Under the pieces are notes generated by a model. The model was not told where the DNA came from and did no database searches. It saw nothing but the letters and a program-made list of their open reading frames with translations. Positions 1 through 6,727 of a stretch of 40,274 nt of DNA are shown here, piece by piece (the first letter of the stretch is position 1; every line of letters starts with the position of its first letter). The stretch is from a virus: IMG/VR virus record IMGVR_UViG_3300045988_066894, positions 1 to 40,274 of that record; one strand, 5' to 3'. Both the position numbers and the translations under genes were made by a program.

Positions 1-28
1 AAAAGTGCCTCCAGCGGGACTCGAACCC
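1..28. repeat. attL core: 28-bp direct repeat identical to 40247-40274
   Basis: aaaagtgcctccagcgggactcgaaccc occurs at both window ends. Its reverse complement GGGTTCGAGTCCCGCTGGAGGCA reads as a tRNA T-arm plus 3' acceptor strand. The integrase gene starts 15 bp inside. Confidence 0.9.
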
Positions 29-42
29 ACCGGCGAAAAGCT

Positions 43-1212
43 TCAGACACCAACCGTTTCAACGGTTCCATCGACACCTTGCGTCACGTTTGCCCACATT
101 TTGCCCACATTCCGCGAAAAAAGCAAACCACCCATCCTCTCCGACAGCTCATCCAGATCATCATCGAAGAGATCGGCGTAAACGTCCAATGTCATGGCGG
201 CGCTCTTGTGCCCCAACTGCCTTTGCACGGTCTTGACGTTAGCGCCGGACTGCACCATAAGTGACGCCGCCGTATGCCGCAGATCGTGAATCGTCATGTG
301 GCCACGCTCCACGCCCGCGCGACGAAGAGCCACCGCGAACCATCCATCGCTTCGCGTCGGATTCCAGCCGTTTCCCATCGGCTCGTCCAAAGGCTCGCCG
401 GGAGCGGTGAAAAGGAAATCGGACGGCCTGCGCCCCTCGCATTGCCTGGCGAGCAGTGGACGCAACACCAGTGGGAACATCACCGAACGTCCATCATGTG
501 TTTTCGGGTCGGTCTCCACCATCTCGCTGGACAGTCTGGTGATGCTACGCCAGATGTGGAGCCTGCATCGTTGCAGGTCAACGTCCTCCACACGCAGTGC
601 GACGAGTTCGCCCCAGCGCATGCCGCACAGGCCCAAGGTCAGCACGATCGGCTCACGCCAACCGCACTGCATCGCCACACGAGACAATTCGTCGGCCGAC
701 AGATAGACATGCTTCCGCACCTGCTTTCGCGGCAGCTCGATGCCGTCGCATGGATTGTCGTGGATGCACCGATCGGCCTTTGCCCTCTCCATGAGACTGC
801 GGAGCAGATTCTCGGCGCGAATCGTCACGGACGCGCTGCGCCGTCCGGCCAGATCGGTGACCCACCGCTGCACTTCGTCGCGTGTGATTGACTGCATCTC
901 CCTCATGCCCCACTGCGGCTCCACATGCACGCGCCAAGCGTCTTCCAGCGACTTGATGTAGCTTGGCTTCGCTTTGGTCTTCTTGGCGGCCAGCCACGGC
1001 TCCCAGAAGTCCTCCACGAGCCTGCGCCCGGCCTGTGGGTCGATGTAGGCTCCGACGCTTTTCGCGGTGGTCACATTGGCCGCTCCCCACGCATCGGCGT
1101 CCATCTTGCGTTTGAAGCCACGCCTTCCGGTGGATGAGCCGTCGGGCTTGCGGTAGCGCACCTCGTATCTTTTTCCGGCTTTGGTGGCGTATTGGCGGAT
1201 CGTGTAGGCCAT
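43..1212 (-). CDS. int: tyrosine-type site-specific integrase
   Basis: 389-aa ORF. C-terminal catalytic signature HDLRHTAASLMVQSGANVKTVQRQLGHKSAAMTLDVYADLF (HxxR ... H ... Y). Lies next to the att core. Confidence 0.95.
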   Translation of the reverse strand: MAYTIRQYATKAGKRYEVRYRKPDGSSTGRRGFKRKMDADAWGAANVTTAKSVGAYIDPQAGRRLVEDFWEPWLAAKKTKAKPSYIKSLEDAWRVHVEPQWGMREMQSITRDEVQRWVTDLAGRRSASVTIRAENLLRSLMERAKADRCIHDNPCDGIELPRKQVRKHVYLSADELSRVAMQCGWREPIVLTLGLCGMRWGELVALRVEDVDLQRCRLHIWRSITRLSSEMVETDPKTHDGRSVMFPLVLRPLLARQCEGRRPSDFLFTAPGEPLDEPMGNGWNPTRSDGWFAVALRRAGVERGHMTIHDLRHTAASLMVQSGANVKTVQRQLGHKSAAMTLDVYADLFDDDLDELSERMGGLLFSRNVGKMWANVTQGVDGTVETVGV

Positions 1213-1285
1213 GCTCTCCCCTTCGTTTGCGTGGCATCAAGTCTATCAATCCACTGATTTTTCCTGTGTTTTCTTGTGTTTTGAC

Positions 1286-1314
1286 TTGCATTACTTTATT
1301 TACTGTGCTAATAT
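1286..1314 (+). promoter_or_regulatory. putative sigma70-type promoter for the small-peptide/Xis operon
   Basis: TTGCAT, 17 nt, then TGcTAATAT (extended -10) in an AT-rich island about 28 nt upstream of the ATG at 1342. Confidence 0.35.
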
Positions 1315-1341
1315 AGTTTATATCAAGGAAAGGAGGTGAAC

Positions 1342-1461
1342 ATGACACCATCGGAGATAATCACCAGCATCTCGCTTCTCGTCGCGAGCATCGCGGCCCT
1401 CATCAAAGCAGTGACCGGACTCATCAAGGAGATGAGACGGAAACCGAAGAAGAGGAAGTGA
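1342..1461 (+). CDS. 39-aa small hydrophobic peptide with basic tail (type I toxin-like or holin-like)
   Basis: Below the 60-aa cutoff of the ORF track. ATG follows AAGGAAAGGAGGTG at ideal spacing. MTPSEIITSISLLVASIAALIKAVTGLIKEMRRKPKKRK has one TM-like helix and a KKRK tail. Confidence 0.4.
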   Translation: MTPSEIITSISLLVASIAALIKAVTGLIKEMRRKPKKRK

Positions 1462-1509
1462 GCAAGGGTTCCGGCCAGACCTAGGGGCCGGAACCCCATA
1501 TCTCCGATT

Positions 1510-1665
1510 ATGCCATGGGACATCATGAGAACGGAATCGATAGTCAGCGCGGTGTTCGCGCTCGGAACCGCCGCCAGCGCATGGTTCGGCTGGCCGTTCG
1601 CACTCACCGCCGGATGTGCCATCGTCAGCGCCGTCTTCGCGCTCATCGCCGGAAGGAAGGACTGA
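1510..1665 (+). CDS. 51-aa small membrane protein
   Basis: MPWDIMRTESIVSAVFALGTAASAWFGWPFALTAGCAIVSAVFALIAGRKD has two hydrophobic segments. Its stop TGA lies 1 nt before the next ATG (1667). The true start could instead be the ATG at 1525. Confidence 0.4.
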   Translation: MPWDIMRTESIVSAVFALGTAASAWFGWPFALTAGCAIVSAVFALIAGRKD

Positions 1666-1666
1666 C

Positions 1667-1879
1667 ATGGCCGTCGAATACCTGAGCGTCACCGACGTGG
1701 CCAAGCGCCTCGGCATCAGCACCGCCGCCGTCAGCGCCTACAAGCTCCCCCAGCCGGACGCCACCATCGGACGCACGCGCGGCTGGCTCCCCGAGACCAT
1801 CGACCAATGGAACGCGCAGCGCCCAGGACGCGGCGTCGGCGGAGGCAGGCCACGCAAACGCAAACACAAGACCGAATAA
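1667..1879 (+). CDS. excisionase-like / MerR-AlpA-type HTH DNA-binding protein
   Basis: MAVEYLSVTDVAKRLGISTAAVSAYKLP... is an HTH followed by a basic GRGVGGGRPRKRKHK tail. It is divergent from and adjacent to int. Start refined inside ORF 1616..1879. Confidence 0.6.
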   Translation: MAVEYLSVTDVAKRLGISTAAVSAYKLPQPDATIGRTRGWLPETIDQWNAQRPGRGVGGGRPRKRKHKTE

Positions 1880-1888
1880 ACACGAAAA

Positions 1889-1924
1889 CGCCCCTCCCCC
1901 AGCTTAAGAGCTGAGAGAGGGGCG
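1889..1924. terminator. long hairpin between convergent genes (possible bidirectional terminator)
   Basis: CGCCCCTC ... CAGCT-taag-AGCTG ... GAGGGGCG forms a nested perfect stem. There is no strong T-run. Confidence 0.35.
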
Positions 1925-1977
1925 ATGTTACATGTGGGCGCAAAATATTCCAACAGGATTTAAACTGCGCGATTTTT

Positions 1978-2787
1978 TCATGCGAGGTTTTCGATGATCC
2001 GCTTCTCGGAATCGCTGAGCGGCCATACCGTCACATCTTCTGCGGCCTTCAGTTCCGCGGCCTTCAGTTCCGCGGCCTTCAGTTCCGCGGCCTTCAGTTC
2101 CGCGGCCTTAGCTTCGCTCAGGAGATAGCCGCCGCCGTAGATGGCCTTCTTCACGGCCTTCTGCGAGTCGAGAGCCCTCGTGAACGCAACGTCCGAAGCC
2201 TTGACGCAGAACTCGACCTGCTTGCCAATCTTCCCGAGCCTGCTCACGGTAAGCAGTTCACGCGGATACGCGTATTTCGGCGGATGCCTGCGTTGCTCTT
2301 TCCTGACGCGCTTCACGGTCTCGTCGATCGCGTTGGCCAAGTCCGGCGCGGTGCGGATCAGGTCATCACCGAAACTCGTCACGAACGACGTGTTGACCTG
2401 CGCGCCGTTCGCGTATTCGATGGTCGAATCCGTGACGATCATGTGCGCCCCATTGCGCGACGTGCTGGAGAAGATCGTGAGATACGGCGCGAACAGGAAG
2501 AACGGAATTTGCTCCGTCCGATAGAACGTGCAGATCTTCGACAGGATGCTGAACGGCGGATTATCCACAACCACCGCACCGCCCGAATAGTCGAACCGTT
2601 CGTAGTCGCCGCCCGGATAGAAGGGACGCACCACCTTCCTGGGGTCGATGCCATATTCACGGCACGCCCAGCCCTTTATGGTCTCATACACTGCGGGGGG
2701 GGTATAGCAGTCATCCGTGGTCTTCTTCGGTTTGAATTTGTCCACGAACGCACCGTAATCGTCAATCGTCTGCTGTCTGATGCCCAT
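1978..2787 (-). CDS. N6-adenine DNA methyltransferase (EcoRI-methylase-like family), orphan
   Basis: 269-aa ORF. Has TDDCYTPP near the N-terminus and the catalytic motif VVVDNPPFS. No adjacent restriction endonuclease. The C-terminus carries an (AAELK)n repeat. Confidence 0.65.
   Translation of the reverse strand: MGIRQQTIDDYGAFVDKFKPKKTTDDCYTPPAVYETIKGWACREYGIDPRKVVRPFYPGGDYERFDYSGGAVVVDNPPFSILSKICTFYRTEQIPFFLFAPYLTIFSSTSRNGAHMIVTDSTIEYANGAQVNTSFVTSFGDDLIRTAPDLANAIDETVKRVRKEQRRHPPKYAYPRELLTVSRLGKIGKQVEFCVKASDVAFTRALDSQKAVKKAIYGGGYLLSEAKAAELKAAELKAAELKAAELKAAEDVTVWPLSDSEKRIIENLA
2042..2116. repeat. 15-bp perfect tandem repeat x4 plus one degenerate unit, in frame within the methyltransferase
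   Basis: gcggccttcagttcc is repeated at 2042, 2057, 2072 and 2087, then gcggccttagcttcg. It encodes AKAAELKAAELKAAELKAAELKAAE. Confidence 0.95.
2695..2702. repeat. G8/C8 homopolymer inside the 5' part of the methyltransferase CDS
   Basis: ctgcGGGGGGGGtat, read on the coding strand as TAT ACC CCC CCC GCA (YTPPA). Currently in frame. Confidence 0.9.
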
Positions 2788-2796
2788 TTTGAAAGT

Positions 2797-2835
2797 CCTA
2801 AAAATAAGGCCCCTCCTCCATGATGGAGAAGGGGC
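2797..2835 (-). terminator. rho-independent terminator after the holin gene
   Basis: On the minus strand GCCCCTTCTCCAT/ATGGAGGAGGGGC forms a 12-13 bp stem followed by CTTATTTTTAGG. Confidence 0.6.
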
Positions 2836-2952
2836 AAATGTTAAAAACGGGTGTAAAAAATTCCACGGACGCTACAGTGCCGCAAATTTTTCCACACCCA
2901 AGTTTGAGTTTCCGGCGCGATGTTGAGTCTCACGCCAGAAAATTAAACACTG

Positions 2953-3231
2953 TCAGGTGTTTCGCAGTGGATTGTAGGCGACGCCAAGACCACTGGCGAT
3001 GAAGCCGGCCACGGTCGAAATGTAGCCGCCGACAGCCGCATCGCCAAAGGTCATGAAGCCAAGGCCGACGCACGAAGCGATCAGACCTAGCACGTACACG
3101 ACGGTACGCACCTGCTTGGAGAAGACCGGAGTGTACGCGTCCGGCGGCTGGTTGTCCTGACCATCCTCACGCTCGTTGGTCAGATTATTGACGGTGGTCT
3201 CCAAAGTGGATGGTGCTGCATGTTCTGCCAT
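2953..3231 (-). CDS. holin-like membrane protein
   Basis: 92 aa with two TM segments (VVYVLGLIASCVGLGFMTF and GGYISTVAGFIASGLGVAY). Strong SD (TAGGAGGGA). Immediately downstream of the endolysin. Confidence 0.65.
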   Translation of the reverse strand: MAEHAAPSTLETTVNNLTNEREDGQDNQPPDAYTPVFSKQVRTVVYVLGLIASCVGLGFMTFGDAAVGGYISTVAGFIASGLGVAYNPLRNT

Positions 3232-3245
3232 ATTTTATATCCCTC

Positions 3246-4349
3246 CTAGATGTGCAGGACTTGTCCTGGATAAATCAGATTCGGATTTGCAATGCCGTTT
3301 TTCGCGGCGATCGCCTGATAGGTCGTGCCATATTTCGCGGCGATGCCGCTCAACGTGTCGCCGGACCGCACCGTATAAGTCGTGCCGGCGGACTGTGCCG
3401 GAGCCGCCGCACCGCCGATGGCCAACACTTCGCCTGGATAGATCAGGTTCGGATTGCCGGAATGGAATCCGGTGATATGGGACTGAGCCACACCGAGCTT
3501 GGCGGCAATGCCGGATAGGGTGTCTCCAGGCTGGACGGTATACGTCCGACCGGAGGATGCCGGCTTTGCGAGCTTCTGATTCACCAAAGCCTGAACTGCG
3601 CCGTAACGCGCGCCAAGCTTCTGCTTGCGAGCATCGCCATCGCCGAATTCGCCTCGAATCACGGCATCGGCGAGATCGTCATCGGAACGTCCGGCGAGCG
3701 GATCGGAAGGCTGCGAAGGGGCGATATGCGAACCGTTTCCGCCACCGGTCACATACTTGTCGTAAACGGAACCATCGCCGTAGAACTTATTGAGATCCAG
3801 ATTCCCGCCGTAGCCGGGAAGACGGCCGGAAGAGGAATACTGGCGAATGACGCAAGCATAAGCGCCTTCGTTCCACGGCTTCGACTGATAGCCGGTGGGG
3901 TTCATGTTCGCGTACTGGGCGATCCACAGGCCGCAGTTCTGACGATTGGCGACAGCTGCGACCTGAGCATAGCGGGATGCCTGCACGTAAATGATCGGGG
4001 GGATTCCGGTACGGGCTTTCACCTGAGCGACGACCTGTTCGAGATAGCCCTCGTTGCCCCAAGCGGCATTCTCGTTGGATTCCCAATCGATGCAGAACAG
4101 GCCTTTGCCTATCCAATTGGCGCAATTGTCGACGAAGTAATTGGCTTCGGCGACGGCGTTGCCGCCTGAGACGTAATGATATACGCCGAAACGTTTTCCG
4201 GTTTGGCGGGCCTGTTCGATTTGTCGAGCGCAGTCGGGGGACACGTATCCCGTGCCCTGTGTGGCCTTAGCGATCACGAAATCGCAAGGCACTTTGGACA
4301 GGTCGATGCCCTGCTGCCAATTGCTGATGTCAATGCCATTCAAAGTCAT
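3246..4349 (-). CDS. endolysin: GH25 muramidase with two C-terminal LysM domains
   Basis: The N-terminus [18 protein letters not shown]...[11 protein letters not shown]...FGVYHYV is GH25-like. Two LysM repeats follow ([18 protein letters not shown]... and [18 protein letters not shown]...IYPGQVLHI). Start refined to MTLNG after GGGAAGGA. Confidence 0.9.
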   Translation of the reverse strand: MTLNGIDISNWQQGIDLSKVPCDFVIAKATQGTGYVSPDCARQIEQARQTGKRFGVYHYVSGGNAVAEANYFVDNCANWIGKGLFCIDWESNENAAWGNEGYLEQVVAQVKARTGIPPIIYVQASRYAQVAAVANRQNCGLWIAQYANMNPTGYQSKPWNEGAYACVIRQYSSSGRLPGYGGNLDLNKFYGDGSVYDKYVTGGGNGSHIAPSQPSDPLAGRSDDDLADAVIRGEFGDGDARKQKLGARYGAVQALVNQKLAKPASSGRTYTVQPGDTLSGIAAKLGVAQSHITGFHSGNPNLIYPGEVLAIGGAAAPAQSAGTTYTVRSGDTLSGIAAKYGTTYQAIAAKNGIANPNLIYPGQVLHI

Positions 4350-4379
4350 GGCCAATCCTTCCCGCCCTCGATGCGAGGG

Positions 4380-4411
4380 CAATAAAAGGCCACCACGAAT
4401 GTGATGGCCTT
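4380..4411 (-). terminator. hairpin plus T-run just upstream of the endolysin (terminator or attenuator)
   Basis: On the minus strand AAGGCCATC-loop-GGTGGCCTT is followed by TTATTG. One mismatch in a 9-bp stem. Confidence 0.4.
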
Positions 4412-4434
4412 ATGGTGTATTGAAAATGTCAGTG

Positions 4435-4521
4435 TCAGCGCTTGTGCGCACCGTGGTTGAAAATGATGATGAGTGCGAGGAGCAGCAGGTAGGTGCCGCC
4501 CGCGATCATGAGACGCATCAT
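4435..4521 (-). CDS. 28-aa hydrophobic peptide
   Basis: MMRLMIAGGTYLLLLALIIIFNHGAHKR. Its start overlaps the upstream stop as ATGA. Below the ORF-track cutoff. Confidence 0.3.
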   Translation of the reverse strand: MMRLMIAGGTYLLLLALIIIFNHGAHKR

Positions 4522-4907
4522 TGCCGGTCCTCCAAGTATTTTTCTGCTGCTGCGACGATCCAGCATTGCGCGTCCAATTTCTCAAGCTTCGCCAGCTCGT
4601 ATCGGACGGCCTCGCTGTGGTCATGTGACTGGTCGCCGTAAATCAGTGAGATCAACGTGTTTTTTATGGTGTCGCGGCAGAGTTCGTCCATGCGCTCGTC
4701 AAAGCGTTCCGTCCGCTCGCCTAATTGGCGGGTTTTAGCGAAATGCTGGGAAAGCACCGAATTATAAGGCAATCGCTCGGGGTTCACATGCGCATACAAT
4801 CCGGTCGCGAGCGATTCGAGCGCTCCCGGCCAGATTTTGAGACAGAGCGTGATGACAGCGCACGCGCCGCCCACACCACCAAAACCCGCTAAAAACGTTT
4901 GAAACAC
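4518..4907 (-). CDS. membrane-anchored protein of the lysis region, function unknown
   Basis: 129 aa. GTG start 7 nt after AAGGAG. N-terminal TM segment FLAGFGGVGGACAVITLCLKIW. Confidence 0.6.
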   Translation of the reverse strand: MFQTFLAGFGGVGGACAVITLCLKIWPGALESLATGLYAHVNPERLPYNSVLSQHFAKTRQLGERTERFDERMDELCRDTIKNTLISLIYGDQSHDHSEAVRYELAKLEKLDAQCWIVAAAEKYLEDRQ

Positions 4908-4928
4908 ATCACATCTCCTTGAAATCGT

Positions 4929-5321
4929 TTAATCTTTTGGCATGGTGTCGCCATTGAAATAATTGCCCGGCAATCCCAACGAGACAAGCTGCTGCCACTG
5001 GTCTTGAGGCACGCACAAGCCCTTGCTCAGATTGACCGTGCAACCGTTCAGCCCAACGAGAATGCCGTGAGTGGTGCTGGCGGCGGTGAAGACGTAATCC
5101 ACGCGACCATTCGAAGCGACCAGCCCACTATCGCTGCCATTGGTGGTGAGACGCAAGCGCGGATTGTCGCCACTCGTGGACAGCATGTAACAGACGACGC
5201 TCACATGGTATTTCACGCCCGCCGTCAACCCCGTGAAGGTGATGTCCGATGGTGTCGTGTTCGTCGTCTTGACGCTCACACCGTCTTTCGGCATGACGCA
5301 GTGATTAACGATGGGAGTCAT
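4929..5321 (-). CDS. small lectin/CBM-like tail-associated protein, paralogue C
   Basis: 130 aa, beta-rich. The C-terminus GNYFNGDTMPKD is shared with the two upstream paralogues. Confidence 0.6.
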   Translation of the reverse strand: MTPIVNHCVMPKDGVSVKTTNTTPSDITFTGLTAGVKYHVSVVCYMLSTSGDNPRLRLTTNGSDSGLVASNGRVDYVFTAASTTHGILVGLNGCTVNLSKGLCVPQDQWQQLVSLGLPGNYFNGDTMPKD

Positions 5322-5343
5322 GCCACCACCCCCAATGCGAGGG

Positions 5344-5712
5344 TCAGGCGCGCGGCATCGTATCCCCGTCGAAATATCCGATGCTGTCGAGCAGGGTCTT
5401 GTTCGCCTGGTATTCGCCCAGCTCGCACATGACCATGTTCCACACCTTGACGGTCGGACTGCCGGACACGACCTTGTATCTCAGGCTCATCGGATTCGCG
5501 ATCGGGGACGTGAAGGACCATCCGATGCGTTGGCTCTTGCTGAAGGTGCCCGGACAGTTGTCTATCGTGACGGAGCCGCCCGACACGTCCAGCCAGACCG
5601 TGCACCAGTATGGGGTACCCGGAGTCTTCTCGATGGTCGTAATCGGCGTGTACTCGCCCGGCTTCAGCGTGACGTGGGCGCTTGGATTGCTTATCAGGTT
5701 CGTGACCATCAT
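5344..5712 (-). CDS. small lectin/CBM-like tail-associated protein, paralogue B
   Basis: 122 aa. N-terminal TNLISNPS and C-terminal GYFDGDTMPRA, motifs typical of actinophage minor-tail carbohydrate-binding modules. Confidence 0.6.
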   Translation of the reverse strand: MMVTNLISNPSAHVTLKPGEYTPITTIEKTPGTPYWCTVWLDVSGGSVTIDNCPGTFSKSQRIGWSFTSPIANPMSLRYKVVSGSPTVKVWNMVMCELGEYQANKTLLDSIGYFDGDTMPRA

Positions 5713-6170
5713 CGGACATCACCCGCCCGACGGACGCTCCTATGCGCGCGGCATCGTGTCGCCCGTGAAGAAGCCCGGAAGCCCCCCCCCCCGAGCGCCG
5801 CGTCATACGTGTCGGCGGCTTCCACGCTCAATTCGCTGATGGCCATACCGGAGGGGACGGCCAGGCGCGCGTCATTGGCGGTCGGGGTGAAGCGGATCGT
5901 ATATTTCCCGACCGTCTGGGCACTTGGGCATTCGGACGTGCCGCCGAAAAAGATGCCGATGCTTTTATTCGTCGTATCGTTGCTGACGATCCTGAACGTG
6001 CACACGTATTCCACGCCGACCTCGCACGCGAAAGGCAGGTCGATGTATTCGCCTCTGGTGTTGGCCAGCGTGCCACCGGTCATGTACTTCGATATGTCGC
6101 CGCCCTTTTGGACGACATGGAAGCCGGTGGGGTCGAACTTTGGGTTCGGCCACAGGTTAATCCTCTGCAT
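5709..6170 (-). CDS. small lectin/CBM-like tail-associated protein, paralogue A; its C-terminus is out of frame after a G11 tract
   Basis: The N-terminus is MQRINLWPNPKFDP. After ...AALGGGG the 0 frame gives an Arg-rich tail (FRASSRATRCRAHR...). The -1 frame gives LPGFFTGDTMPRA* (stop at 5740-5742), which matches paralogues B and C. Confidence 0.6.
   Translation of the reverse strand: MQRINLWPNPKFDPTGFHVVQKGGDISKYMTGGTLANTRGEYIDLPFACEVGVEYVCTFRIVSNDTTNKSIGIFFGGTSECPSAQTVGKYTIRFTPTANDARLAVPSGMAISELSVEAADTYDAALGGGGFRASSRATRCRAHRSVRRAGDVR
5782..5792. repeat. C11 (G11 on the coding strand) homopolymer
   Basis: gaagCCCCCCCCCCCgagc counted directly. The count is consistent with the GGGG in ORF 5709..6170 and the PPP in the antisense ORF. 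Confidence 0.95.
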
Positions 6171-6330
6171 TCTCGTCTCCCTTCACGCTTTCGAGCACAT
6201 CCTTCGGGATGAGTTTCATGGCCGCCGACAGCTGACTGGTCAGGATTGCGATTTGCTTGTTGAGAGTGCCGATTTGCGCGGAAAGCTGGTCGATGACCTC
6301 GTTCGCGTCGGCTGGAATCTGCTGAGTCAA
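6157..6330 (-). CDS. 57-aa coiled-coil protein (TTG start)
   Basis: AAGGAG, 5 nt, then TTG. (M)TQQIPADANEVIDQLSAQIGTLNKQIAILTSQLSAAMKLIPKDVLESVKGDENAED. Overlaps the start of paralogue A. Below the ORF-track cutoff. Confidence 0.35.
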   Translation of the reverse strand: MTQQIPADANEVIDQLSAQIGTLNKQIAILTSQLSAAMKLIPKDVLESVKGDENAED

Positions 6331-6404
6331 AATGTCTCCTTAAATACGAAACCCCCGCAATCCGATTGGATTGCAGGGGTTGAAAAAAATGGTGAAAAGC
6401 GGGG

Positions 6405-6716
6405 TTAGTCGGCGGCGGTCATCGTGTCGATACGGGTGACGGCCTTAAGCCCGTCGAGCGTCAAAGTGCGTCCGAGATTCGTCTTCACGTCCGTGAGAGT
6501 GACGGACGTGCCGGAATCATCGAATGTGGCGAGCACGCCACGTGCATAATCCCTCCATGATTCGGTCGAACCGTCGGTGCTGGAGAACTCCAATCCGAGA
6601 CGGCACAATTCCGCTCGCACCGACTCCTTCGGCGGACGCAAATCAAGCACGCCAGACGGCTCGGCGGGCGTCACGTCAGTCGCGGTATCGGTATCGGTAT
6701 CGGTCACATCGGCCAT
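6405..6716 (-). CDS. hypothetical protein (103 aa)
   Basis: Start refined to MADVTDTDTD after AAGGAG. Contains a (TD)n stretch encoded by a ggtatc x3 microrepeat. Confidence 0.55.
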   Translation of the reverse strand: MADVTDTDTDTATDVTPAEPSGVLDLRPPKESVRAELCRLGLEFSSTDGSTESWRDYARGVLATFDDSGTSVTLTDVKTNLGRTLTLDGLKAVTRIDTMTAAD

Positions 6717-6727
6717 AATCAATCTCC

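Noticed and set aside
1323-1722. 107-aa and 134-aa minus-strand ORFs opposite the small-peptide/Xis operon.
   Set aside because: They have no SD and show shadow-ORF composition. The plus-strand ORFs have strong ribosome-binding sites, tight coupling and recognisable membrane and HTH features.
2042-2116. CRISPR-like array.
   Set aside because: The units are contiguous 15-bp repeats without spacers, inside a CDS, and encode an AAELK peptide repeat.
5311-6408. 365-aa ORF on the plus strand. Similar long antisense ORFs occur at 7418..9106, 9326..10195, 13103..13807, 14585..15619, 15629..16528, 22317..23606, 23222..24736 and 28127..29077.
   Set aside because: They lie antisense to clearly homologous phage structural or replication genes. 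They are Arg/Pro/Gly-rich low-complexity sequences typical of shadow ORFs in high-GC DNA, and they lack SD sequences.
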